Counted from the first letter of the stretch, positions 51,592-61,944 are shown. The stretch: 64,000 bases of DNA from a bacterium (GCA_020440705.1 JAGRNP010000001.1:51787-115786), one strand, 5' to 3'. Numbers and translations are program-made. The notes: generated by a model from the sequence alone, not told the origin.

Positions 51592-52752
51592 ATGAGCGAC
51601 TCGCCGATCTATCTCGACTACAACGCCACCACGCCGCCGGATCCCCGCGTGGCCGACGCCATGGCGCCCTTCCTCAGGGAGCCCTTCGGCAACCCCAGCA
51701 GCGGTCACGCCTGGGGCCGGCGCGCCCGCGCGGCCGTCGAAGGCGCGCGCGCCAGGGTCGCGGCCCTGCTGCAGGCCGACCCGGCGGGAGTCGTCTTCAC
51801 CGGTGGCGGCACCGAAGCGGACAACCACGCGCTGATCGGCGCGGCCCGGTTGCGCGCACCCCGGGGCGGCCACCTGGTCACCACGGCCGTCGAGCATCCC
51901 GCCATCACGGCCGCCTGCCGCCACCTGGCCGACTTCGGCGTCGAGACGACATACGTCGGCGTGGACGACCAGGGTCGCGTCGACCCGGCCGCGGTCGCCG
52001 CCGCATGCCGCCCCGACACCTTCCTGGTGTCGGTGATGCTGGCCAACAACGAGGTGGGCACCCTGCAGCCCGTGGCCGAGATCGCGGCCCTCGCCCGCGC
52101 CCGCGGGATCCTCTCCCACACCGACTGCGCCCAGGCCGTCGGCAAGGTCCCCGTCGGGCTCGACGATCTCGGCGTCGACATGATCTCTCTCGCGGGCCAC
52201 AAGCTGTACGGGCCGAAAGGGGTCGGGGCGCTCGTGCTGCGTTCCGGGGTCGCGGTGGCGAACCTCATGTTCGGCGCCGGCCACGAGCAGGGCCGTCGCC
52301 CCGGCACCGAGAACGTGCTGGCGATCGTGGGGCTGGGGGTCGCCTGCGAGCTCGCCGCCGACGACGTGGCATCGGAAGGACACCGCCTGGCCAACCTGCG
52401 CGATCGCCTGGCGACCATCATCACCGCGGGGCAGCCCGACGCCGTGGTCCATGCCGCCCGCGCGCCCCGTCTGCCGAACACGCTCAGCGTCGGCTTTCCC
52501 GCCCGCATCGCCGGCGAGATCATGGCGCGGCTGCCCGACGTGGCGGTGTCGGCCGGGGCGGCGTGCCACGGGGACGCGATCCATGTCTCCCACGTGCTCC
52601 AGGCCATGGGCGTGCCGCGCGACGTGGCGGTGGGGACGCTGCGCCTCTCCCTCGGCCGCATGACGACGGCCGCGGAAATCGAGGCCGCCGGGGCGCGGAT
52701 CGTCGCCGCCGCGGCGGCCACTCCCCGGGTCGGGACGGGGGATTCCGTCTAG
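51592..52752 (+). CDS. Cysteine desulfurase (IscS/NifS class V aminotransferase)
   Basis: AAGGAAG RBS. MSDSPIYLDYNATTPPDPRVADAMAPFLREPFGNPSSGHAWGRRA...SLAGHKLYGPKGVGAL...AGAACH... (PLP Lys in SLAGHK, catalytic Cys in AGAACH). Confidence 0.9.
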   Translation: MSDSPIYLDYNATTPPDPRVADAMAPFLREPFGNPSSGHAWGRRARAAVEGARARVAALLQADPAGVVFTGGGTEADNHALIGAARLRAPRGGHLVTTAVEHPAITAACRHLADFGVETTYVGVDDQGRVDPAAVAAACRPDTFLVSVMLANNEVGTLQPVAEIAALARARGILSHTDCAQAVGKVPVGLDDLGVDMISLAGHKLYGPKGVGALVLRSGVAVANLMFGAGHEQGRRPGTENVLAIVGLGVACELAADDVASEGHRLANLRDRLATIITAGQPDAVVHAARAPRLPNTLSVGFPARIAGEIMARLPDVAVSAGAACHGDAIHVSHVLQAMGVPRDVAVGTLRLSLGRMTTAAEIEAAGARIVAAAAATPRVGTGDSV

Positions 52753-53204
52753 GAGAGATCCTCGAGCGGAGCCAGCACCTGCAGCTGCTTCTGCATGGTC
52801 GGGCAGGGGTTCTCTTCGGAGAGCAGCTCGGCGAGCGTGGTCCCGGCGAACGCCTCCTGCACATGGGCCATGGCCTGATCGAGGCGGCGGTGCAGCGGAC
52901 ACAGGGCCGAGCTGTGGGCTTCGAGATCGAGGGGACACGATTCGATGCGCTGGATGGGGCTGACCGCGTTCATGATGTCGAGCATGCAGATCTCGGCCGG
53001 ATCCCGGGCCAGCACGAAGCCGCCGTTCAGGCCGCGGGTCGAGTAGACGAGCCGGCCCCGCACCAGCGACTGCAGCACCTTCGAGAGGTAGCTCTGCGGC
53101 ACCTTCATCATCGCGGCGATGGACTTGGTGGTCATCGGCGAGCCGTCGCCGGCGGCCAGGGCGAGGACCGCGCGCATGGCGTATTCGATGGTCAGAGAGA
53201 ACAC
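52749..53204 (-). CDS. Rrf2-family transcriptional regulator (IscR-like, with a Cys cluster)
   Basis: 151 aa, MFSLTIEYAMRAVLALAAGDGSPMTTKSIAAMMKVPQSYLSKVLQSLVRGRLVYSTRGLNGGFVLARDPAEI... with C-x-C-x-C/H residues further on. Confidence 0.8.
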   Translation of the reverse strand: MFSLTIEYAMRAVLALAAGDGSPMTTKSIAAMMKVPQSYLSKVLQSLVRGRLVYSTRGLNGGFVLARDPAEICMLDIMNAVSPIQRIESCPLDLEAHSSALCPLHRRLDQAMAHVQEAFAGTTLAELLSEENPCPTMQKQLQVLAPLEDLS

Positions 53205-53279
53205 GTCCTCATCCTCGGCTGGAGGGGCGAAGCCGGAATTAGATATACGTATCCAAATTAGCGGGGTTTCCGGCGGCTG

Positions 53280-53951
53280 TCAACGGCCGAAACTGATGCC
53301 GGCGCGGACGATCAGGTAGTCCCAGTTGTAGCTGCGCTGGATGCCGTCGGGATCGAATTTGGACGTGTCGAAGCGGTTGTAGGTGTACTCCCCCACCAGT
53401 TCGACGTTGCGCATCTTGAGGCCGATGCCGGCGCTGTAGGCGGGCGCATTCACCGACGACTGGAAATACGAGATGTCGTCCTCGTCCCGCAGCCGGTTGT
53501 TGGCCAGGGCGACGCCGCCGGTCAGGAAGAGCCGCATGGGCGAGCCGCCGCCGCCGGCAAAGGCGTGGAAGTCGACGCCGTAGCGGTACATCGAGGTGCG
53601 CCGGTAGTAGGGGATACCACCGTTGACCCCGGTGTCGGTGCCGAACCGCGTGTACTGGAAAACGGGTGAGACGGCGAAGAATTCGCCCAGGTACTGGCGC
53701 CAGCGGGCCCCGAGCTGGTAGCCGGTGCCGGACCCGAACCCGACCAGGGAGTCGAAGTAGGGTTCGTCCTGGTCACCCATGGGTTCCGCCAGGCCCCCTT
53801 CCAGAACGATCTCATGAGTCGACGGCGCCGCGTGGTAGCTCGGACCCCGGGTCGCCAGAACGACGCGGGCGTCGGCCTCGACGGCCAGGAGGGTGCTCGC
53901 GAGCAGGGCCAGCGCGACTGCGGTTGCGGTTCCGTTCGTCAGGTATCTCAT
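53280..53951 (-). CDS. Outer-membrane beta-barrel protein (OmpA-like TM barrel / PF13505-like)
   Basis: An internal ATG with an AAGGAG RBS gives the signal peptide MRYLTNGTATAVALALLASTLLAVEA, then alternating-hydrophobic beta-strand patterning rich in Tyr/Gly/Phe. Confidence 0.55.
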   Translation of the reverse strand: MRYLTNGTATAVALALLASTLLAVEADARVVLATRGPSYHAAPSTHEIVLEGGLAEPMGDQDEPYFDSLVGFGSGTGYQLGARWRQYLGEFFAVSPVFQYTRFGTDTGVNGGIPYYRRTSMYRYGVDFHAFAGGGGSPMRLFLTGGVALANNRLRDEDDISYFQSSVNAPAYSAGIGLKMRNVELVGEYTYNRFDTSKFDPDGIQRSYNWDYLIVRAGISFGR

Positions 53952-54192
53952 GATCTCGCTCCTTCGGGCGTCCGGGTCCGGTGCGAAGGGGACATGGCGG
54001 GGACCCTGGGTTGCCCGAGCGATAAGCAGGTTCGGTGCCGACCGCGCACGGTCGGGCCCCGACAGAAGCAAATCATTTCCGGAAAGCGACTTGCGGAGTG
54101 CCAGGCGCCCCGGATCCCCCACCCGTGGGCGCGTGCGGTCGCTGCCGTGTGCACCAGCGAGGACAGTCCATCCCGCGAGGGGACAGTCGGCC

Positions 54193-54579
54193 TCAGACGT
54201 ACTCGGCCACGCGTTCGAGCTGGTTCTCCACCGCCGCGAGCAGCACCTCGGCGTCGAAAGGCTTCGTGATGTACTTCATCACGCCCCCCTCGCGCGCCTT
54301 GTGGTAGTCGTCCTCGGCCGTGCGCGCCGTCAGGTAGATCACCGGAATGTCGCTGGTCTCGGTGATGTTCCGCAGGCGTTCGACCACCACGTGGCCGTTG
54401 CCCGCCGGCATGCCGATGTCGAGGATGATGAGGTCCGGGTGCTCCTCGATGGCCTTCTTGGTGGCCCCCAGGCCATCCATGGCCGTCGACACCTTGTAGC
54501 CCTCGGCCCGCAGCCGCAGACTCAGGCTGTGCACGATATCGGGTTCGTCGTCCACGACGAGAATGTGTCCCTTAGACAT
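54193..54579 (-). CDS. Single-domain response regulator (CheY-like receiver)
   Basis: AAAGGAG RBS. MSKGHILVVDDEPDIVHSLSLRLRAEGYKVSTAMDG...LIILDIGMPAGNG...KPF.... Confidence 0.85.
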   Translation of the reverse strand: MSKGHILVVDDEPDIVHSLSLRLRAEGYKVSTAMDGLGATKKAIEEHPDLIILDIGMPAGNGHVVVERLRNITETSDIPVIYLTARTAEDDYHKAREGGVMKYITKPFDAEVLLAAVENQLERVAEYV

Positions 54580-56128
54580 GGACGGCTCCTTTCCATTCGA
54601 CGGGTTGCAACTCGATCAGTTCGGGATGGTCCAGGACGCTGCGGTCGCCCGGCCGCGTCACATCGATGATGGCCAGGCGGGGCGTGGCCTCGGGATAGGA
54701 CTTGCCCAGGGCGGCCTCGAGTCGGGCGGCCAGGGACGCGGCGCCGGCGGCGTCGGTCTTCAGGACGAACGCGTTCACCGGTCGTTCGCCCAGATGCACG
54801 ACCCCCACGCGGTCGTCGCTGCTGCGCACGAGCGCGACCAGGTCGGATTCGAGGGCGGCCGGGTCCCAGGGCGCCCGAGGGTCCGGTTCCAGCAGCACCA
54901 GGGTCCACGGCACGATCATGCCGGTCGGGCTGTGGGTCGCGTCGCCCACGAAGGCCGCCAGGTGGGCCGGATGGGAGTAGACGGGCAGGGAGAAGCGGAA
55001 CCGGCAGCCCGGCGCGTCGTCCTCGAGCAGTTCGAGGCTCCCCCCGTGCAGTTCGACGATCTTGCGGGAGATGGGCAGGCCGAGCCCTGTCCCCTTGGCG
55101 CCCGGACCATCGCGACGGTTGAGCTGCGCGAACTTCTCGAACGCCCGGGCCCGGTCCTCGGGCGCGATGCCCGGACCGTCATCCGCCACCGTGACCTCGA
55201 CCATGTCCACGGCAGCGCGGGCGCTGACGGCGATCTTCCCCCCTTCGGGGGTGAACTTGTGCGCGTTGCCCACCAGGTTCACGAGCACCTGGGTGACCAT
55301 GTCGGGCGCCGCGAGCACCGGCGGCACCGGCGCGCCGTCACCCGTCGCGACCGCGATCTCCTGCCCGGCGCCGCGGCAGCGGCCGCTGAAGTCCTCCACG
55401 CACGAACGGATCAGCGCCGCGATGTCGACCCGCTCCCGGGACAGGCGCATGGCGCCCGACTCGATGCTGTCCAGGTCGAGCAGGTCGTTGACGAGTCCGG
55501 CCAGGCGGTCGCAGTTCCGCAGGGCCGACGCCAGGCACTTGCGCTGCTCGTCGCTCACCTCGCCCACGACACCGTCGTGCACCAGCGAGCAGAACTCGCG
55601 GATCACCGTCAGCGGGGTGCGGAATTCGTGGGAGGCGGCCGAGAGGTAGTCCGACTTGAGGTCGCTGATCTCCTGCAGCCGCGCGTTGGCCGCGTTCAGT
55701 TCGGCGACGAGCTCCGCCTGGGCGAGCTGGGCGCGCTTCAGGTTGAGGAAGGCCGCCACCTTGGCCCGGATCACGTGCGGATCGACGGGCTTGAAGAGAT
55801 AGTCGATGGCCCCCACGTCGTAGCCCGACGAGATGTGCCGCCGCTCCTTGTTGATCGCCGTCACGAAGATCACCGGCAGGTCCCGGGTCCGCGGATGCCG
55901 GCGCATCAGCTCGGCCACCTCGAAGCCGTCCATGCCCGGCATCTGCACGTCGAGCAGCACGAGGGCGAAGTCGTGGTCGAGCATCAGCGCGAGGGCCTCC
56001 TCGCCCGAGCCGGCCGCGAGGATGCTCATGTCGTCCCGCTCGAGGACCTGGCGCAGCGAGGCGATGTTGCTCGGCCGGTCGTCGACGATGAGGATCTTCA
56101 GGCTGGCGGCGTCCGGCATCGGATTCAC
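54572..56128 (-). CDS. Hybrid receiver-histidine kinase (REC, HisKA, HATPase_c, and a C-terminal domain of unknown function)
   Basis: GTG start after GAGGAGG. ...LKILIVDDRPSNIASL...LVLLDVQMPGMDGFEV...SAASHEFRTPL...GNAHKFTPEGG...DDGPGI...GTGLGL.... Its stop overlaps the downstream REC start, and its start overlaps the upstream HK stop. Confidence 0.85.
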   Translation of the reverse strand: MNPMPDAASLKILIVDDRPSNIASLRQVLERDDMSILAAGSGEEALALMLDHDFALVLLDVQMPGMDGFEVAELMRRHPRTRDLPVIFVTAINKERRHISSGYDVGAIDYLFKPVDPHVIRAKVAAFLNLKRAQLAQAELVAELNAANARLQEISDLKSDYLSAASHEFRTPLTVIREFCSLVHDGVVGEVSDEQRKCLASALRNCDRLAGLVNDLLDLDSIESGAMRLSRERVDIAALIRSCVEDFSGRCRGAGQEIAVATGDGAPVPPVLAAPDMVTQVLVNLVGNAHKFTPEGGKIAVSARAAVDMVEVTVADDGPGIAPEDRARAFEKFAQLNRRDGPGAKGTGLGLPISRKIVELHGGSLELLEDDAPGCRFRFSLPVYSHPAHLAAFVGDATHSPTGMIVPWTLVLLEPDPRAPWDPAALESDLVALVRSSDDRVGVVHLGERPVNAFVLKTDAAGAASLAARLEAALGKSYPEATPRLAIIDVTRPGDRSVLDHPELIELQPVEWKGAVHV

Positions 56129-59100
56129 GTCGTCACCTCCTCGGCTGCGGCCAGGCCGCGGCAGGCGGCGAGCACCTTGCCGATCGTGGCCGGCTTCTCG
56201 ACGAGGGCGTCGGCCGAGGCGATCTCGCCCGCCCGCTCGGACGGCACCATCGCGACCAGGCGCAGCAGGGGCGCGCCGCTGCAGGCACGCAGCTTCTGCA
56301 GCAGGTTCTCGCCGCGCGGCGAATCCGGCGCCCCGCCGGAGCACCAGGGATTGACCAGCACCACGGTGGGCGCCCGCAGGCTCGCGACGATGCCGAGCAG
56401 GTCCGACACCCGGCGCACGACTTCGGGACCGTGCCCCACCGAGACCAGTTCATCGCCCAGCCGGTAGATGGTCCGCATCTCGTCGTCGGCCAGGATGAGG
56501 TTCCAGCCGGCCAGGACGGACGGGTCCTGCACCGGCGACGCCGCCTGCACCTCGGGCTCCGGGGTGACCCAGTCGGCCACGTCGGTGCGGGCCGGCGGCG
56601 ACGACGCGACCTCCTCGCCCCCGACGCGCATGCGCAAAGGCAGATAGAGCGTGAACTTGCTGCCCTTGCCCTCGACGCTCGTCAGCTCGAGGCGCCCCTG
56701 CAGCAGCTCGGTCAGGCGGCGCGAGATCGACAGGCCGAGGCCCGACCCCCCGTAGCGTCGCCCGATCGTTCCGTCGCCCTGGTTGAAGGCCTCGAACACG
56801 CGGCGGCAGACCTCCTCGTTCATGCCGATGCCGGTGTCGGCCACCGAGAACGCGACGCACGGGTTCTGCATGCCGCCGCCCAGGCTGGCCACTTCGTCCT
56901 GGGAGGGCGTGCGCACGCGCAGGGCCACCGAGCCCTTGTCCGTGAACTTGCAGGCGTTGCTCAGCAGGTTCTTCAGGATCTGCTTGACCCGCAGCCCGTC
57001 GGTGAAGATCGCGTCGGGCACACCCGGCCCCCGGTAGGAACGGTATTCGATGCCCTTGCGGTCGGTGACCGGGTGGAAGAGCTGGTTGAGGTCGGACAGC
57101 AGGCTGTCGACCGCCACCTCGGTGGGCGAGAGTTCGAGTTTGCCGGCCTCGACCTTCGACAGGTCGAGGATGTCGTCGATGATGGTCATCAGTTCCTCGC
57201 CCGCCTGGTGGATCGTGCCGGCGGCCTCGACCTCGGAGCGGTCGAGCCGACCGGCCTTGTTCTCCCCCAGCACCTGCGCCATGAGCAGCATGCTGTTCAG
57301 CGGCGTCCGCAGTTCGTGGGACATGTTGGCCAGGAACTCGCTCTTGTAGCGGTCGGAGCGGGCCAGACGCTCGTTCTTGTCCTGCAGCTCCTTCTGCTGC
57401 CGCGAGAGCGTGCCCGCCTGCCGACGCGTCTCCTCGAGCAGCCGGTGCACCCGCTCGCGCGACCGCGACGAATCCAACGCGACGGCGACCGACTCGGCCG
57501 AAAGGCGCAGGAACTCGAGATCGTCGTCGCTCACCGCATCGAAGGTCGCCAGTTCGAGGATGCCCTTGATCTGGCCCGCGAGGTGGAACGGCGCCACGAT
57601 GAGGTGACGGGGCGCCGATTCGCCCATGGCGCTGCGGATCAGGATGTGCTCCGACGGCACGTCGCTCAGCACCTGGATGCGCCGCCGCATGGCCGCGCGC
57701 CCCACCACGCCCTGGCCCTCGCGCAGGCGCCGCACCGGCCAGTGGTCGTCCGATTCGCCGTAGTGGGCCACGAGCACCAGGCTCTGGCCCGGACGCGCCA
57801 GGTAGAAGGCGCCGGCCTGGGCGTTGTAGTAGTCGCCGATGTGTTCGAGGATCGCCGCGGCGAGGGTCTCGGTGTCCGGTTCGCCCCGCATGCGTTCGTT
57901 CAGTTCGGCCTGCTGTTCCTGGAGGCGGAACTGCCGGTCGCGGGTGCGCTTGGCCTCGTCGAGATGGTCGATCATCTTGGCGAAACTCGCAGCCAGACCG
58001 GCCACCTCGTCATCGCCGACGACGTCCAGGTCCGGAACCTCGTGACCGTCCGCCACGCGGTTCATCATGTGCCCCAGGGCCGTGATGGGCTGCAGCATGC
58101 GCTGGGCGATGATCTGGCCCACGATGGCGGCGGCGGCACCGGTCGCGATGATGATCAGCAGCATCGCGAGCTTGATGCGGGCCAGTCCGGCAAGGGCCTC
58201 GGACGCCGGCAGTTCGGTGATGAGGCCGAAGCGGCGGCCCAGGGCCTCGACGGTGACGCCGTAGCCGAAGACCTGGCGGTCGGTCGCGCCGAGATAGCTC
58301 GTCAGGTCGCCCGCCTTGCGGGGCGGATCGGTGGCGGCCCCCATGCGGCCTTCGAAAGCGGCCTTCTGGCTGTCCAGCCAGGCCGTGGTGACGTCGTTCA
58401 GCAGCCGGTCACGCAGGGGTTCGAGGTCGCTGTCATCGTGGCTGCTCAGCAGGAGGCGCAGGTTGTCGTCGACCAGGTAGATCCGCACCGTCGCCCCTTC
58501 GGGCAGGGCGCGGGCCATCTGGGTGCCGAGCTCGCGCCCGTCGATCTGGAAGGCGAGGAAGCCCTCCGGGTCCGGCTCGGGCCCGTACACGGGCACGACG
58601 AGGAAGGCCGATTCGAGGCCCGCGCTCGGCTCGTAGGGGCCGAAGTCGGACAACACGATGCCGCCGGTGACGGCCGCCTCGCGCACCGCCGACGCGAGGA
58701 TCGAGCGCGTGTACGTGCCGGTCAGGACGTTGCTGCCGAGATCGTCCTCGCGGGCGCAGCTGAAGAGCACGAGCCCCTCGGCGTCGAGCAGCAGGATGTC
58801 GTACCACGGCGAGGAATTGCGGAAGCGGACGAGTTCGTGACCCTCCTGCTGGGCGAGCGCCTCCCACGAGGCCCCGCCGATCCAGCTGCGGGCGTTCTGG
58901 CCGCTGGCCTGCAGATCGGCTTCCAGAAGTTCCAGGAAGGCGAGGTTCGAGCGCAAACGGCTCTGGTGGTCGAGCTCGCGGCGCGCCCGGTCGAAGAAGG
59001 CGTGCACGGTCTCCTTGCCGGCCGTGGCCGATCCCATCAGGGCGTCGCGGATGGCCTTGTGCTGGGATCGGCGCGCGCTCGTGTAGCCGATGGATCCGGC

Positions 59101-59217
59101 GACCACGAGGGGGATCACCGCCACGCCCATCAGCCACACCAGCAGGGTGTGGCGCAGGCTGCGCCGCGAGGGTCGGCCCACCTGGATCGGAGACGGGTTC
59201 TTGGGCAGCACGGACAT
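56125..59217 (-). CDS. Sensor histidine kinase with a periplasmic sensor region, a TM helix, HAMP, GAF, HisKA and HATPase_c, and a degenerate C-terminal receiver-like domain
   Basis: Start at MSVLPKNPSPIQVGRPSRRSLRHTLLVWLMGVAVIPLVVAGSIG. ...FLANMSHELRTPLNSM...NACKFTDKGSV...ADTGIGM...GGSGLGLSI... Confidence 0.85.
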   Translation of the reverse strand: MSVLPKNPSPIQVGRPSRRSLRHTLLVWLMGVAVIPLVVAGSIGYTSARRSQHKAIRDALMGSATAGKETVHAFFDRARRELDHQSRLRSNLAFLELLEADLQASGQNARSWIGGASWEALAQQEGHELVRFRNSSPWYDILLLDAEGLVLFSCAREDDLGSNVLTGTYTRSILASAVREAAVTGGIVLSDFGPYEPSAGLESAFLVVPVYGPEPDPEGFLAFQIDGRELGTQMARALPEGATVRIYLVDDNLRLLLSSHDDSDLEPLRDRLLNDVTTAWLDSQKAAFEGRMGAATDPPRKAGDLTSYLGATDRQVFGYGVTVEALGRRFGLITELPASEALAGLARIKLAMLLIIIATGAAAAIVGQIIAQRMLQPITALGHMMNRVADGHEVPDLDVVGDDEVAGLAASFAKMIDHLDEAKRTRDRQFRLQEQQAELNERMRGEPDTETLAAAILEHIGDYYNAQAGAFYLARPGQSLVLVAHYGESDDHWPVRRLREGQGVVGRAAMRRRIQVLSDVPSEHILIRSAMGESAPRHLIVAPFHLAGQIKGILELATFDAVSDDDLEFLRLSAESVAVALDSSRSRERVHRLLEETRRQAGTLSRQQKELQDKNERLARSDRYKSEFLANMSHELRTPLNSMLLMAQVLGENKAGRLDRSEVEAAGTIHQAGEELMTIIDDILDLSKVEAGKLELSPTEVAVDSLLSDLNQLFHPVTDRKGIEYRSYRGPGVPDAIFTDGLRVKQILKNLLSNACKFTDKGSVALRVRTPSQDEVASLGGGMQNPCVAFSVADTGIGMNEEVCRRVFEAFNQGDGTIGRRYGGSGLGLSISRRLTELLQGRLELTSVEGKGSKFTLYLPLRMRVGGEEVASSPPARTDVADWVTPEPEVQAASPVQDPSVLAGWNLILADDEMRTIYRLGDELVSVGHGPEVVRRVSDLLGIVASLRAPTVVLVNPWCSGGAPDSPRGENLLQKLRACSGAPLLRLVAMVPSERAGEIASADALVEKPATIGKVLAACRGLAAAEEVTT

Positions 59218-59340
59218 GATCCCTCGTCGGTCGGTAGCCCCGCACGACCCGGACCGCCCGGCCCGGGTTTCTTTCCTGTCCAGATTCGGCCGAACTGAGG
59301 GAAACTTTACGCAGGAACGCCACCGCGGGGCAGCGGGGGG

Positions 59341-59381
59341 AATCATGGGAAACGCCCGGCCCCTTCCTGCGGGGCCGGGCG
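59341..59381 (-). terminator. Terminator-like hairpin downstream of the sigma-54 activator gene
   Basis: Stem CGCCCGGCCCC / GGGGCCGGGCG with loop ttcctgc, followed on the minus strand by TTTCCCATGATT. Confidence 0.45.
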
Positions 59382-59409
59382 TCTGCACCTGTCGGCGGGC
59401 GTCGGCCCG

Positions 59410-61944
59410 CTAGTCTTGCCGCACCTTGGCGGCGATGCCCAGCCTTTCCATCTGGCGGTACAGGGTGCTGCGGCTGACACCCAGGGCACGCGCCGCCCGG
59501 GCGCGGTTGCCGTCGGCTTCGGCCAGGGCCAGCAGGATCCGCGAACGCCCGGTCTCCCGGCCGCCGAGCCGCCGCGGCGCGTCGGCCGGCCTGAAGGCGC
59601 CCGCGCCGTCGCGCCCCACGAGGTGCACGGGGAAGCCGTCGGCATCGCCCAGTTCGACGTCCACCGCGCCGCACGCCGCATGCTGGACGTGCGCCTGGCG
59701 GGCCGCCATGGCGATCTCCCGCACGTTGCCCGGCCAGGCATAGGACTGGGCCCGCTCGAGGCTGGCGGCGCTGAAGTAGCGCGACAGCTCGACCGGAACG
59801 CCGGCCGCCTCGGCCAGGAAGTGCTTCAGGAGCGGCAGGATGTCCTCGCGCCGCTCCGTGATGGGAGGCAGCCTCAGCTCGAGGATCTTCAATCGGTAGT
59901 AGAGATCGGCCCGGAACCGGCCCTCGGCCACCCGCTGCTTCAGATCGGCGTTGGTCGCGGCCACGAGCCGGATGTCGGCGTGGCGTTCGGCCGGGTCGCC
60001 GATGGCCTGGTACGAGCCGTCCTGCAGCAGGCGCAGCAGCCGCGGCTGCAGTTCCAGGGGCAGGTCGCCGATCTCGTCCAGGAAGAGGGTGCCGCCGTGG
60101 GCGCGGGCCGCCAGGCCGATGCCGTCGCTCTCGGCCCCGCTGAACGAGCCCTTCGTGTGGCCGAAGAACTCCCGTTCGAAGATCGACTCGGGAATGGCCG
60201 TCACGTTGACGCACACCAGCTCGCCGTGGCGCCGGGTGCTCTTCTCGTGCAGGCGCCGCGCGAAGAGCTCCTTGCCGGTCCCGGTCTCGCCCGTCACCAG
60301 CACCGGTTCGCCGCTGTCGGCGAAGGCGTCGGTCAGCTGGATCAGGTCGCGCATGCGCGACGAGACGTGGACGATGCGCACCGGCGCGCGCCGCAGCCCG
60401 GTCGGGCGCGGTCCCGCCGCGGCGCCGGCCGCGAGACGTCCGGAGAGCTCGACGTCCTGGCGCACGCCCGAAATCCGGTTCAGCAGCTGGCGGGCCGCCA
60501 GGATCCAGTGGTCGACCTCCATCTTCAGGAAGAGGTCGAGGGCCGACATGGCATCCTGCCAGGCCTCGTCGAGGATCAGGCCGCGCTCGTCGTCGAGACC
60601 GCCCTCGACCCGGGCCACGGCGGTCTCGGCCGCCTGCAGGTGCGCGATCGCCAGCTCGTGCCGGCCGTTGACCTCGGCCAGCAGCCCCACGGCGTCGCGC
60701 GCGTAGTGCTGGGCCGAGCCCAGGTCGGCCAGACCGAGCAGGGTCTCGGACATGACCCGCTTGATCACGCCTTCCTCGAAGCGATCGCCCTGGCGCCGGG
60801 CCAGGCCGAGGGCGCGCGTCAGCACGGGCACGGCTTCGGACTGCCGGCCGAGCCGCGTCAGGCACTCGCCCTGCCGGCGCAGCACCTCCATGACGATGTC
60901 GCCGTCGGGCGCGATGCTGTTGCCCACGGCCAGGGCGCGGCTGTAGTAGCGCCGGGCCGCTTCGATCTGGCCCTGGTCGCGATGCACGTCGCCGAGGAAT
61001 TCGAGGGCCAGCGCCTCTTCGCGCGAGAGCAGCAGGCCGTTGGCCCGCTCGTAGGCCTGCATCAGTTCGGCGCGGGCGCCTTCGAAGTCGCGCCGCAGGC
61101 GCAGGGTGTTGCCCAGGGCGATGCCCGCCCGGCACAGGCTGGTGCGCGCGTCGACCTGCTCGAGCAGCCGGATGGCGGCTTGCAGCTCGGACTGCGAGCG
61201 GCCGAAATCGCCCTGCTTGTAGTGGGCGATTCCGACATTCAACCTGTTGCCGCCCATATTCTTGAGCATTCCGAGTTGAGAATGCAGTTGATGGGCCCGC
61301 TCGAACCAGCGCACGGCTTCCTGATACTCGGCGCCGCGGAAGGCGATCACGCCCATGAGATTGGCGGTGCGCGCCCCGTCGAGGCGGTTGTCCAGCACGC
61401 GGTACACCGAATAGGCGGCCTCGACGTCCTCGCGCGCCGCGTCCGGATCTCCAAGGGCCGACCAGGCCTGGCCCCGCAGGTACAGGAAGTCGGCGATGAC
61501 CGGCGGCAGGTGCTGCCGGTGGGCGTCGATGAACGCGGTCGCCACGTCGATGACGGGCATGTAGTCGCCCCGCTTGCAGGCGAAGGCCAGCCGGACCACT
61601 TCCAGATCGGGCAGGCCGGCGGGCACCATGTCCCAGCGACCGGCCGAAGCGTGCAGGACCTCGAAGTCCTGGAAGCGCTCGAGCTGGAAGAGATTGCGGG
61701 CGCAAAGGACGACACCGTCCTTCACGGTGGGGGAACCGGGTGCGGGCACGAGGGCGATCGGGCCGGGTTCCCGGGTCTCGATGGCGTCGAGGCAGGCTCG
61801 GGCCAGCTTGAGCGAGTTCTCGTAGTCCTCGTCCAGAAAGGCCTTCCAGGCTTGCTCCCAGGCCTTCGGATCGAGGGGAATCTCGCCCAAGGAGCCGCCG
61901 GTGGCGTGGCCGGCGACCCGCGTGTCCTGGGCGCTATTTCTCAT
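59410..61944 (-). CDS. Sigma-54-dependent transcriptional activator (bEBP) with an N-terminal TPR-repeat sensory region and a C-terminal Fis-type HTH
   Basis: Start at MRNSAQDT with a GGAGGAG RBS. TPR-like repeats occupy the first ~500 aa. The AAA+ core reads ...VLVTGETGTGKELFARRLH...REFFGHTKGSFSGA..., and the HTH reads ...ALGVSRSTLYRQMERLGI. Confidence 0.85.
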   Translation of the reverse strand: MRNSAQDTRVAGHATGGSLGEIPLDPKAWEQAWKAFLDEDYENSLKLARACLDAIETREPGPIALVPAPGSPTVKDGVVLCARNLFQLERFQDFEVLHASAGRWDMVPAGLPDLEVVRLAFACKRGDYMPVIDVATAFIDAHRQHLPPVIADFLYLRGQAWSALGDPDAAREDVEAAYSVYRVLDNRLDGARTANLMGVIAFRGAEYQEAVRWFERAHQLHSQLGMLKNMGGNRLNVGIAHYKQGDFGRSQSELQAAIRLLEQVDARTSLCRAGIALGNTLRLRRDFEGARAELMQAYERANGLLLSREEALALEFLGDVHRDQGQIEAARRYYSRALAVGNSIAPDGDIVMEVLRRQGECLTRLGRQSEAVPVLTRALGLARRQGDRFEEGVIKRVMSETLLGLADLGSAQHYARDAVGLLAEVNGRHELAIAHLQAAETAVARVEGGLDDERGLILDEAWQDAMSALDLFLKMEVDHWILAARQLLNRISGVRQDVELSGRLAAGAAAGPRPTGLRRAPVRIVHVSSRMRDLIQLTDAFADSGEPVLVTGETGTGKELFARRLHEKSTRRHGELVCVNVTAIPESIFEREFFGHTKGSFSGAESDGIGLAARAHGGTLFLDEIGDLPLELQPRLLRLLQDGSYQAIGDPAERHADIRLVAATNADLKQRVAEGRFRADLYYRLKILELRLPPITERREDILPLLKHFLAEAAGVPVELSRYFSAASLERAQSYAWPGNVREIAMAARQAHVQHAACGAVDVELGDADGFPVHLVGRDGAGAFRPADAPRRLGGRETGRSRILLALAEADGNRARAARALGVSRSTLYRQMERLGIAAKVRQD

